Made by a program: the position numbers and the translations under genes. From NCBI GenBank assembly GCA_023136205.1, contig JAGLRQ010000079.1, forward strand, positions 1,749 through 33,748: a stretch of 32,000 nt of DNA. The letters run 5' to 3'. The stretch is from Candidatus Auribacterota bacterium (lineage in GTDB: Bacteria > Auribacterota > UBA6266). Positions 7,149 to 14,714 of this stretch are shown here, one piece after another. The number at the start of each line of letters is the position of its first letter. Position 1 is the stretch's first letter. A model generated the notes under the pieces. The model had not been told where the DNA came from. It saw only the letters and a program-made list of their open reading frames with translations, and made no database searches.

Positions 7149-8227
7149 AAGAGATTATTCCTGAGAGTGATGTAAATATTCATTCTGATTGAAATCCAAA
7201 AGGAAGGTGAAAGCCCTTGCGGATATCCTTCTGATGCTGATTCAATCTGTTTAATGCCCCAACAATTTCTTACATTATTTTTTGTTCTTCTATATGCCTT
7301 TTTACCAACAATCATTTGAGCAACTCTTTTGTAAGCATCAGCGTAAGTTCTTTCTATATTACTTCTTCTTGAACGATGATAAAATATCTGGTTTTCCGTC
7401 GGAACGTCAATTCTTGGTATCCACCCATTCCCGCCGGCCTGATCACTCCTAACTGGATGAATGGAAGCATAATCACTATAAACAATTTCCTTGTCGATGT
7501 TATCATTTACCCGAGTATAAAATTCTACTTCCTCAAGATTAAAAGTCCCATCATCTTCGCCCCCAAATTCCGTTGGATTTTTAGGGTATGAGGTTGCAGA
7601 TAAAACAAGCTTTTCAATGGAATAGTTTTCCAATTCTTTAATTAAACTTTTTGCCTTCGTTGCGTTATCTTCGGCTTTACCTTGTGTTATAAACCCGAAG
7701 TCCATAAGAACAATCAGCTTACTAATTAAGAGCGCCTCGTTAATAATATCGAGATCGTGTTTATAGTCTGGGTAATCTGCGGGGAAACGATAAACGAGAG
7801 ATTCAAACTTCCCATCTAAAGCCTCTACCTGTTCTTTTAATCGTTCATTATATTCTTTCTCATTAGAAACATCTTTATCGGATATTTGAATTGTGGGAAT
7901 TATAGAAGGGAAATCTTCTTGAAGTTCTGTCACCAATGTAACCCATTTCCCATAGCCCTTTGTAGTAGTTTGCAACCCTTCAATCTGTTCATTAATTAAA
8001 TTTGGTTCTGTCGTTAAATCAAGAATAAAGCACCTATCCTCAAAAACTTCTTCCAATTTTCTCAACCTTCTGTAGATATCACCACCTTCCAAGTATTTCG
8101 TCCTTCGAGATTTTGTTAATTCCACTAACGGCGTGATCTTATCTTTCACATCACTGGAAAGATTTTTTAAAGCTCTAAGTTCAGCGTCGGTCGTCTTAAT
8201 TATTGGAATATAAGTAATATCGCTCAT
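7145..8227 (-). CDS. Beta-protein family (PF14350-like, sce7725-like) protein
   Basis: The N-terminus YIPIIKTTDAELRALKNLSSDVKDKITPLVELTK matches the Y-x-P-x-L/I-K...E..AL..L......I-x-P-L-x-E signature of the phage P4 Beta / sce7725 family. The ATG overlaps the ImmA stop (plus-strand tcat at 8224-8227). Confidence 0.75.
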   Translation of the reverse strand: MSDITYIPIIKTTDAELRALKNLSSDVKDKITPLVELTKSRRTKYLEGGDIYRRLRKLEEVFEDRCFILDLTTEPNLINEQIEGLQTTTKGYGKWVTLVTELQEDFPSIIPTIQISDKDVSNEKEYNERLKEQVEALDGKFESLVYRFPADYPDYKHDLDIINEALLISKLIVLMDFGFITQGKAEDNATKAKSLIKELENYSIEKLVLSATSYPKNPTEFGGEDDGTFNLEEVEFYTRVNDNIDKEIVYSDYASIHPVRSDQAGGNGWIPRIDVPTENQIFYHRSRRSNIERTYADAYKRVAQMIVGKKAYRRTKNNVRNCWGIKQIESASEGYPQGLSPSFWISIRMNIYITLRNNLF

Positions 8228-8775
8228 AAACCATGTCCTGACATTCCTAAACTTTTTGCTCTTAGTCGCACAGTCAAAGTAGAAACCTTAAAGAATCTTG
8301 CCAAATCTTTAATTTCCTTAACCCCAGACCGTACTTGTTTTTTAAATTTATATTCAGGCATTAATATTTCACTAGCAAATTCGTTAGCCTGCCATTCTGA
8401 TCTTTTAGATTCTCCACCTCTAAAAAAAATCTTATCCTCAAAAATATGGCTTAAATGTTTATGCTTACAAAAATGACCTAATTCATGAGCAATTGTATAT
8501 CTTTGCCTGTTGGGATGATGATAAGTATTCACTTGTATTCTCCATTGTCCCGACTCTTCATCATAAAAAAGCTTGCCAGAAAGATCATCACTTAACTCAA
8601 CAAACTCCACCCTAATACCAAGTTTTTTAGCTAAGTCTTCCACGTCCAAAGGGTCGCAATTAACTTCATGGGCCTTCGCGAAGCGTATCAATTTATCTGC
8701 AGTATCAATTAAAGCAATATCATTCTTATTGGCTTCTTGTCGGGTTAAAAATATTTTACGTCTTACTATTGCCAT
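8224..8775 (-). CDS. ImmA/IrrE-family (M78-like) zinc metallopeptidase
   Basis: HEXXH motif in RQRYTIAHELGHFCKH, with the downstream EWQANEFASEILMP typical of ImmA/IrrE. The start codon directly abuts the stop of the upstream membrane-protein gene (8775/8776). Confidence 0.85.
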   Translation of the reverse strand: MAIVRRKIFLTRQEANKNDIALIDTADKLIRFAKAHEVNCDPLDVEDLAKKLGIRVEFVELSDDLSGKLFYDEESGQWRIQVNTYHHPNRQRYTIAHELGHFCKHKHLSHIFEDKIFFRGGESKRSEWQANEFASEILMPEYKFKKQVRSGVKEIKDLARFFKVSTLTVRLRAKSLGMSGHGL

Positions 8776-9414
8776 TTAGCCCTTCCTTTTCTTTGGAAAA
8801 CTCTGGCCTCTCAGGTGTTTCCTTCCCTGATGCGGCGCATCTGTATCCTTAACTTCATCATAACTTCTTGCATTTAATGTTTTTTCGAGAAATTCAATTC
8901 TATCTTCTAGGTTAAGCACTTGCATTAATTCATCCGAATTTTTAAATTCTGTAAATTTCATATCTATAATATTTTTTAAAATAATCTGAAATGATTCACT
9001 ACACTCCAAAGCCTCATTAGCCAACTCTCGAGCTTGGTGTCTTGATGAAAAATACACATACATAAAACTAACAGCCATTAAAACACCAATAACACTTAAT
9101 AATAATGTTATTATAAGTTCATAAAAATCTGTTATTTCTTGAGTATAAAATTCCAATGAATGGTTATATTTACTCTCGGTTAAAATTGCTCCTTTTTCTT
9201 GTTGCGGGCTCGGAGTTTTTATTTGTAATTCTTTGAGGTCTTTTTCATGGACATTTGTATTAACTGTCTGTTCTTCTTGAGTTTTTAGAGATTCTGAAGC
9301 CAAAGAAGGTGTTACATTCAGGAAATATCCCATAAACATAGCATATGTTACGCTGATCAAAAACAATACAGTGCAAAACAATATTTTCGATGAATATTTC
9401 TTTTTCTTATCCAT
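8776..9414 (-). CDS. Two-TM membrane protein, first gene of the ImmA/Beta operon
   Basis: Hydrophobic segments ILFCTVLFLISVTYAMFMGYFL and LIITLLLSVIGVLMAVSFMYVYF. The C-terminal region is helical and charged, ending in a basic tail (GRKHLRGQSFPKKRKG). No family recognised. Confidence 0.6.
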   Translation of the reverse strand: MDKKKKYSSKILFCTVLFLISVTYAMFMGYFLNVTPSLASESLKTQEEQTVNTNVHEKDLKELQIKTPSPQQEKGAILTESKYNHSLEFYTQEITDFYELIITLLLSVIGVLMAVSFMYVYFSSRHQARELANEALECSESFQIILKNIIDMKFTEFKNSDELMQVLNLEDRIEFLEKTLNARSYDEVKDTDAPHQGRKHLRGQSFPKKRKG

Positions 9415-9423
9415 TAAGAATCC

Positions 9424-9452
9424 TTAATATATGTGTTTATTGAGATTGTCAA
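9424..9452 (-). promoter_or_regulatory. Sigma70-like promoter for the TM/ImmA/Beta operon, implying a near-leaderless mRNA
   Basis: Minus strand reads TTGACA (9452-9447), 17 nt, TATTAA (9429-9424), 9 nt, ATG (9414-9412). Confidence 0.35.
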
Positions 9453-9722
9453 TTATTTAACTATTATAATCACTAGTGTCTAATTAAGAAATGTTCCATT
9501 TACGTAAGGTGTTAATATATTGATAGCAACAACAAAATTTAGATTTTTCGACTTGAAACGATTTTTGTTAAACCATTTTTTGTTCCGACGACATAGACGA
9601 TAACATACACACCCTAACCATCTAATAATATTACACGCGATCTTATTTAGCAAGAAATCTTAATGGCCCCCCTTTGTTGTAACCACTTTTCTTTCATGCT
9701 AAAATATCTAAATGAGGGAATA

Positions 9723-10604
9723 ATGAGTTTTGATTTCAATCCAAATATAAGAAAGTTTTCATTTAAAAATGCTTTAATACTCGCTGAAGCATCGGAATTA
9801 GCCTACAAATCACGAGCGGAATATAAAAAGATTCTTAAAGAAAAGTGGGGATTCTCGGATATTTACCCCCTGGATAAAAATGAGACCCAGGGTTTTGTTG
9901 CAAAGAAAGAAGATATGATATTAATTGCTTTTCGGGGGACGGAAGAAACAAAGAATGAAGATATATTTACAGATATACTGGCGTGCCAGACAAAAACAGA
10001 ACTGGGAAAAGTCCATTATGGGTTTTTACGGGCCCTTAAAGCTGTCTGGAAGGACGTGCTGACAACAGTTAAGAATTATCAGGACAATAATCAGCCTGTA
10101 TGGATTACAGGACATAGCCTGGGAGGGGCTTTAGCCGCCCTTGCTTCCGCCAAGCTCGCATCAATAAATGCATGTCAAAAGATTACCGGGGTATATACAT
10201 TTGGACAACCAAGAGTAGGAGATAAAAACTTCAAAGAAAATTTTGAAAGGTTACTTCCAGGCGGAACCTATAGAGTTGCCAACTTTAAGGATCCGGTTAC
10301 TCTGGTGCCATTGAATATTAATTTAAAAATATGGGAAAAACGCATAATCTTTCAATACGATCATGCGGGTAAAATTATATTGTTTAATGAAGCCGGGGAA
10401 ATAGCTGAATCCGGTGATTTGGTTACGCGATGGGTGTTAATTTGGGTAGCTGTTTTAGGTTTTGTAGTTGCGTTGATTGTAAAAATGTTGAGAAAAATGA
10501 AATTAGCAGAGGGATTGTTAAAATTGTTTAAAAATCCGGCAACCCCGCATGGGCTAGATCAATATAAAGAAAATATTATTAAAAATTTAGCACACAACAG
10601 GTAA
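9723..10604 (+). CDS. Class-3 (fungal-type) lipase / alpha-beta hydrolase with a C-terminal TM helix
   Basis: Nucleophile elbow WITGHSLGGALAALASAKL, with FRGTEE upstream and FGQPRVGD downstream, as in Lipase_3. The C-terminal hydrophobic segment is WVLIWVAVLGFVVALIVKML. The start is moved to ATG 9723 (GAGGG lies 5 nt upstream). The track start is 9663. Confidence 0.8.
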   Translation: MSFDFNPNIRKFSFKNALILAEASELAYKSRAEYKKILKEKWGFSDIYPLDKNETQGFVAKKEDMILIAFRGTEETKNEDIFTDILACQTKTELGKVHYGFLRALKAVWKDVLTTVKNYQDNNQPVWITGHSLGGALAALASAKLASINACQKITGVYTFGQPRVGDKNFKENFERLLPGGTYRVANFKDPVTLVPLNINLKIWEKRIIFQYDHAGKIILFNEAGEIAESGDLVTRWVLIWVAVLGFVVALIVKMLRKMKLAEGLLKLFKNPATPHGLDQYKENIIKNLAHNR

Positions 10605-10626
10605 AATAAGAAAAATAATACTATTT

Positions 10627-12135
10627 TTATCTTTTTTGAGCTTTCTTTTGATATTCTTTTTGTCTGAGGATTAGCTCATCTGATGAAAAGCATATATCGA
10701 GTTCGTCTTCGTGTTCTAATAGCTGCGAAGAAATAAGAAAGTTATACTGTCCACCATTGTCAGACTGGTTTGCTCCAACACTGTAGATTTTCCACGAGCC
10801 GTTTTCCCCGATATATTTGAAGGGTTCATTACCTTTGCTGAATGGATCTTCAGGTATTTTATCTATATACTCAGGGGACAGTTCCAATAAAGAAGCAGGC
10901 GGGTTTCCGTTGTTTTTATCCTGGTAAAGTCTCACTGCCAGAAATAACGCTGTTCCTCTCAGGTTAGCTAAATGACGGTTGTAATATGAAAGGGCATTAT
11001 TAAGTGCCGGAATGTGCAGAGACACAAGCATTCTGCCTACAGGGTCGCCGGAAAATAACATTAAAAAGGGATGCTTTGCATGCTTTTCAATATATTGCAG
11101 AATTTCTGTGTTAAAGCGGTCCGGATCATACGGACCTGATGCTATATCGATTAAATGGGAATATACTGCATCAAGGGTTTGATTTATTTTTTCAGGCGTG
11201 CTCCCAAGAGCATCTGCTACCGCTTTTCGCATAGATATTTTACCGGAATGATTGACGTTTTGTTCTTTTAAATCAGCTATCAACAACCATCCTGCCGGGA
11301 AGGTTTGATTAACTTTAAAGATTGCGAGCTTTGTTGTATCTGTGATATTTTTGGCTGCCATACGCTCGTATCGTAATACCTCGGCAAAAGGCTCGTTTTT
11401 TTTATCAATCTGTCCAACCATTGATATCATAGAGTTTAAAACGCTTTCAGGTGCCTTATGTTGGAGAACAACCTTTCTCATGCTCTGGCATGCCACATTA
11501 GTGCATACTGTATCAACAAGGTAGTTGATAAGACATCCGCCGCGACTCAAATGGTCTCCTACAATAAGCATTGTTTTGTAGCTGTCTAAAACAGATTGCC
11601 AGTTCCCTTTTGCAGCATCCCTTTCAGCTATAAAAGATAATACTTTAACCTTGTCACGGATGGGAGAGAGATAAGGAAGCAGTGTTTCAAAAGATATGGC
11701 GGTAGCAACCTGGCATTCCTGTATTTCTGCAGCTTTCCTGCAGAGTGCAACCTCATCAGCATTATTATCAACCCATTTTTCAAGAAGAGGATACTTTCCT
11801 TCTTCCCACTCGTATGCAACAAATCTATCATATTCTTTGCTAGCCTCTCCTATTTCATTGTCACTGCTGTTTATTTGCCGGATATAATAAAATGCATTAT
11901 CTTCCGTGATATCCTCGTCGTAAAGAATGGGGCGTGAAGGCTCAAGCTGGACTTCAGCCAGAAGCTTGGGCCAGGGCAGCATGTTTCTGCAAACCACAAA
12001 CAGAGATATAATAGATATAATTAATATTACGACAATTTTCAGAATTGTTTCTAAAATTACTTTAAGGACATTTTTCATTTTATATAATCTGTTCTTTAAG
12101 GTGCTTAAAAAAACGAGTAGGGTAATAAATACCAT
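10627..12135 (-). CDS. Membrane-anchored hypothetical protein (about 480-500 aa)
   Basis: Long uninterrupted ORF with an N-terminal TM (ILKIVVILIISIISLFVV). The C-terminal WKIYSVGANQSDNGG is reminiscent of the YS-x-G-x-D-G motif at the end of type II secretion pseudopilin-like proteins. An alternative start is ATG 12078 (MKNVLKV...). Confidence 0.55.
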   Translation of the reverse strand: MVFITLLVFLSTLKNRLYKMKNVLKVILETILKIVVILIISIISLFVVCRNMLPWPKLLAEVQLEPSRPILYDEDITEDNAFYYIRQINSSDNEIGEASKEYDRFVAYEWEEGKYPLLEKWVDNNADEVALCRKAAEIQECQVATAISFETLLPYLSPIRDKVKVLSFIAERDAAKGNWQSVLDSYKTMLIVGDHLSRGGCLINYLVDTVCTNVACQSMRKVVLQHKAPESVLNSMISMVGQIDKKNEPFAEVLRYERMAAKNITDTTKLAIFKVNQTFPAGWLLIADLKEQNVNHSGKISMRKAVADALGSTPEKINQTLDAVYSHLIDIASGPYDPDRFNTEILQYIEKHAKHPFLMLFSGDPVGRMLVSLHIPALNNALSYYNRHLANLRGTALFLAVRLYQDKNNGNPPASLLELSPEYIDKIPEDPFSKGNEPFKYIGENGSWKIYSVGANQSDNGGQYNFLISSQLLEHEDELDICFSSDELILRQKEYQKKAQKR

Positions 12136-12343
12136 ATATACATGTTCGGGTCAATATGGATAGGAAGATTTGAAAGGAGATATAAAAAAAGGAAGAAAAA
12201 ACAGGAGGTTTCTCACATCCCAATTTCTCTCCTAAAAAATTAAATCACTAACCCCACCCCCAACATTTCTTTTGACCTGAGACATATAATTGTTTCATAA
12301 TATGCACAGTTGTTATAAATATTCCCGAGGACACAGGAAAAAA

Positions 12344-13345
12344 ATGAAAAAGACTGAAAAAATAAAATATGAAATTGACCCGCATAACAGGCTCATCTTC
12401 ACAAAAACAGGAAGAAAGTCAAAACTCCCCAAGTACAGAGAAGTTATTGACGGCAGAATCAAAATAGATAAAAACAACTCTTTTATCTACCATGTAAAGC
12501 AACCTCAAGATTCTAAACTTCCCCAACAGGTTAAATTTTCGGGGAAATGGTACTTAAATAAGAATCATGATCTTGTACTTACCTTAGATAAGAAACATAA
12601 GATGTATGCCGGAGATAAGCTCACAATAAAAGGGGAGATAAAAGATGCAAAAGCAAATAAGCTAGTGTTCTCTGTTGCAGCAAAAGATATTTTGAATCAA
12701 CCTCGGGAATATATCTTAAACCTTAGCGGCAGTTGGCAAGCTGACAAATATAACCGTCTGACATTCAACGTAAAAAGAAATAAAGGCATAACAGACATAT
12801 TAACTTTTAAAGGTGGCTGGAGCATTAATAAACAGAATCAGATTATATATACTTATGAGAAAGCACATTTAAAAACCAAGAAAAGGGTAACTAAGACTAT
12901 AAACTTTAAAGGGCATTGGAATATAACGGAAAAACACAGAATTTTATACGTTTTAAATAAAAAAATAGATTCACAATTTGATTTTAAGGTAAGTCTGGGA
13001 AAACCGCTTAAAAGAGGGCTTCAATATAAAATAGGGATAGGAAGTGTTCCTTCTAAGGAAAAGATAACTCTCTTTGGGGAATGGAAGGTAAATAGAAGAT
13101 TAGGTGTTTTGTTTGAAATGCCGTATGAAAAAGGAATCCTTCAAAGGATTGTTTTTGGAGCAAGCTGTAAACCGGGTAAAAACAGCACTATTGAGTTTAA
13201 ACTGAGAAACGAACTAGGAAAAGATCTGGGAATGGATATTAAGCTTTCAAAAAAAATACTAAAAGATCAGGGTGAGATTTTCCTGCGCGCTATCACATCA
13301 AAAAAAGAGAAGCAATTTTTAATCGGCGGTGGGTGGAGATGGTAG
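12344..13345 (+). CDS. Lys-rich repeat protein of unknown function
   Basis: At least five copies of F/L-x-G-x-W-x-(3-4)-N/H-x-L/I-x-F/Y: FSGKWYLNKNHDLVLTL, LSGSWQADKYNRLTFNV, FKGGWSINKQNQIIYTY, FKGHWNITEKHRILYVL, LFGEWKVNRRLGVLFEM. The start is moved to ATG 12344 (MKKTEKIKYEIDPHN). The track start is TTG 12290. Confidence 0.6.
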   Translation: MKKTEKIKYEIDPHNRLIFTKTGRKSKLPKYREVIDGRIKIDKNNSFIYHVKQPQDSKLPQQVKFSGKWYLNKNHDLVLTLDKKHKMYAGDKLTIKGEIKDAKANKLVFSVAAKDILNQPREYILNLSGSWQADKYNRLTFNVKRNKGITDILTFKGGWSINKQNQIIYTYEKAHLKTKKRVTKTINFKGHWNITEKHRILYVLNKKIDSQFDFKVSLGKPLKRGLQYKIGIGSVPSKEKITLFGEWKVNRRLGVLFEMPYEKGILQRIVFGASCKPGKNSTIEFKLRNELGKDLGMDIKLSKKILKDQGEIFLRAITSKKEKQFLIGGGWRW

Positions 13346-13353
13346 CAAACAAA

Positions 13354-13396
13354 TTCCGGTGATACAATACCCCATTACCCAAATATCTTCTCCCTC
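13354..13396 (-). repeat. Copy 1 of a ~43-nt junction motif; relic 3' end of a third copy of the small duplicated gene
   Basis: TTCCGGTGATACAATACCCCATTACCCAAATATCTTCTCCCTC. Ungapped hand counts give 31/43 identical to 14500-14542 and 30/42 identical to 16505-16546. On the minus strand it still encodes ...R-E-K-I-F-G-stop, compared with REGLFG-stop and REGKFW-stop in the intact copies. Confidence 0.6.
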
Positions 13397-13518
13397 TTAT
13401 TTTTGCAACAAAAAATCGTTCTACCCCGGGGGTGAAATGGTTCCGTTTATATTAATTTTTCCCCTTGATTTCAATTTGGTTTTATTGTAAAGTCGTCCCG
13501 CAAAGAAGGAGATATAGC

Positions 13519-14037
13519 GTGGGAAATGCAGAGGCAGAAGAAAAACTAGTAGAAGCCCCTAAATTATCGGTAAAACCTATAGAGGCTCAAAAAAAAGAGC
13601 CAGAAATGGCTATAGAGGGTAAAAAGTTTTTAACACCAGTAACTGGTAAGTATACAGATGAAATTATAGAAGAAGTGGCCAAAATATCTATAGATGAGTT
13701 AGATCAACCAGGTGGGTGGAAAAAGTTGCTTATTGCAATGTATAAAGAAAAAGCTTATGAAAACAGAACACTTCAGGACAAGGTTAATGCATTAAATATT
13801 ACAAATTCTGATTTGGGTAAAAAATTAGGAGTGGCCAAAGAAAGGCTTCGGCACACAACTGGTGTAGGAGTCGCGTTTGGGATTTTATATATAATTGCGG
13901 GAGCTATGTTAGCATATCTGGCCTCTTTGCCAGATAGTTTAATTAGGACAATATTATTTTGGTTGGCAATAGGAATATTTGTAGTGTGTACTGGTTATCA
14001 TCTTTGGAATAGCAAAAAGCAAAAGGATGTTGAATAA
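13519..14037 (+). CDS. Hypothetical protein: charged/coiled-coil N-terminal part plus two C-terminal TM helices
   Basis: AAGGAG lies 7 nt upstream of GTG 13519 (track start TTG 13465). A heptad-like segment LLIAMYKEKAYENRTLQDKVNALNITNSDLGKKLGVAKERL is followed by GVGVAFGILYIIAGAMLAYLA and ILFWLAIGIFVVCTGYHLW. Confidence 0.6.
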   Translation: MGNAEAEEKLVEAPKLSVKPIEAQKKEPEMAIEGKKFLTPVTGKYTDEIIEEVAKISIDELDQPGGWKKLLIAMYKEKAYENRTLQDKVNALNITNSDLGKKLGVAKERLRHTTGVGVAFGILYIIAGAMLAYLASLPDSLIRTILFWLAIGIFVVCTGYHLWNSKKQKDVE

Positions 14038-14051
14038 ATGGAAAGCTTAAA

Positions 14052-14441
14052 ATGAGTGAATCAATAATTGGTGCTTTTGAGATAATTGGGATAAGAGATG
14101 CTGGTAATCTGGCAGAGGAAAGAGTATTGTTCCGAGCGATAGAGCCTGTATCATTAGAGTATTATGTTGTTGTTAATGTGAAAACGACTAATGGAAATAA
14201 ATTAATTATTCTTAATGATAAAATATTTTGGTTCCCAATTATGTCTGTTAATCCAGGCGAGTTTGTTAGGTTATATACCAAGAGTGGTTCATATGCAAAA
14301 ACAACATCGACATATGGTCAACTACCCGCCACATATCATAATTATTATTGGGACTTAAGTGCTCCTATATGGGATGGTGTGAAGTCTAACGCAGTTACTA
14401 TCTTTAAGGTGAGCAACTGGAACACCGCATATCAACCTTAG
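14052..14441 (+). CDS. Small soluble beta-rich protein, possibly lamin-tail-domain-like
   Basis: 129 aa, starting 14 nt after the previous stop. The pattern EERVLFRAIEPVSLEYYVV ... FWFPIMSVNPGEFVRLYTKSG ... YWDLSAPIWDGVKSNAVTIFKV resembles the E-[FY]-V-E-[IL]...[FY]-x-F-P...L-x-P-G-x-x-x-x-V-x-[ST]-G...W...N-x-x-D-x-[IV]-x-L layout of LTD beta-sandwiches. This is by-eye similarity only. Confidence 0.5.
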   Translation: MSESIIGAFEIIGIRDAGNLAEERVLFRAIEPVSLEYYVVVNVKTTNGNKLIILNDKIFWFPIMSVNPGEFVRLYTKSGSYAKTTSTYGQLPATYHNYYWDLSAPIWDGVKSNAVTIFKVSNWNTAYQP

Positions 14442-14499
14442 GAAGAGAAAAATAATTACTTCATTACTATAAAGCCAGTTGCGAAACTCGTCTTACAAG

Positions 14500-14714
14500 T
14501 TCCAGGAACACAACACCTAATCACCCAAACAACCCCTCCCTCACACAAACCTCAAAAACATCATTCCTCAACCTAATTTTCTTAATTTGAGATTTTGGTA
14601 TCCAGATTTTCTCCACATTTTCAACCAAAATTGCCTTTTCAGTTTCGTGGAGTATTCTACCCTGAACCCAGATATATTTTGGTTTTGGATATAACAGTCT
14701 GTAAACATTTAAGG
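14500..14714 (-). repeat. Copy 2 of the duplicated block: junction motif plus small gene
   Basis: About 215 nt is colinear with 16505-16719. The first 43 nt are TTCCAGGAACACAACACCTAATCACCCAAACAACCCCTCCCTC. The encoded proteins are roughly 80% identical over the aligned region (estimated by eye). Confidence 0.85.

Noticed and set aside
10611-10628. Hairpin AAAAATA-ATAC-TATTTTT between the convergent lipase and 502-aa genes, considered as a bidirectional terminator.
   Set aside because: The stem is 7 bp of A:T only, so stability is too low to call. It is also partly inside the stop region of the minus-strand gene.
12242-12270. A possible fourth copy of the junction motif (AAATCACTAACCCCACCCCCAAC) upstream of the repeat-protein gene.
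   Set aside because: Only the AATCAC and C-rich parts match. The 5' half of the motif (TTCCAG.GA.ACAA.ACC) is absent. The match is too weak to distinguish from chance by eye.
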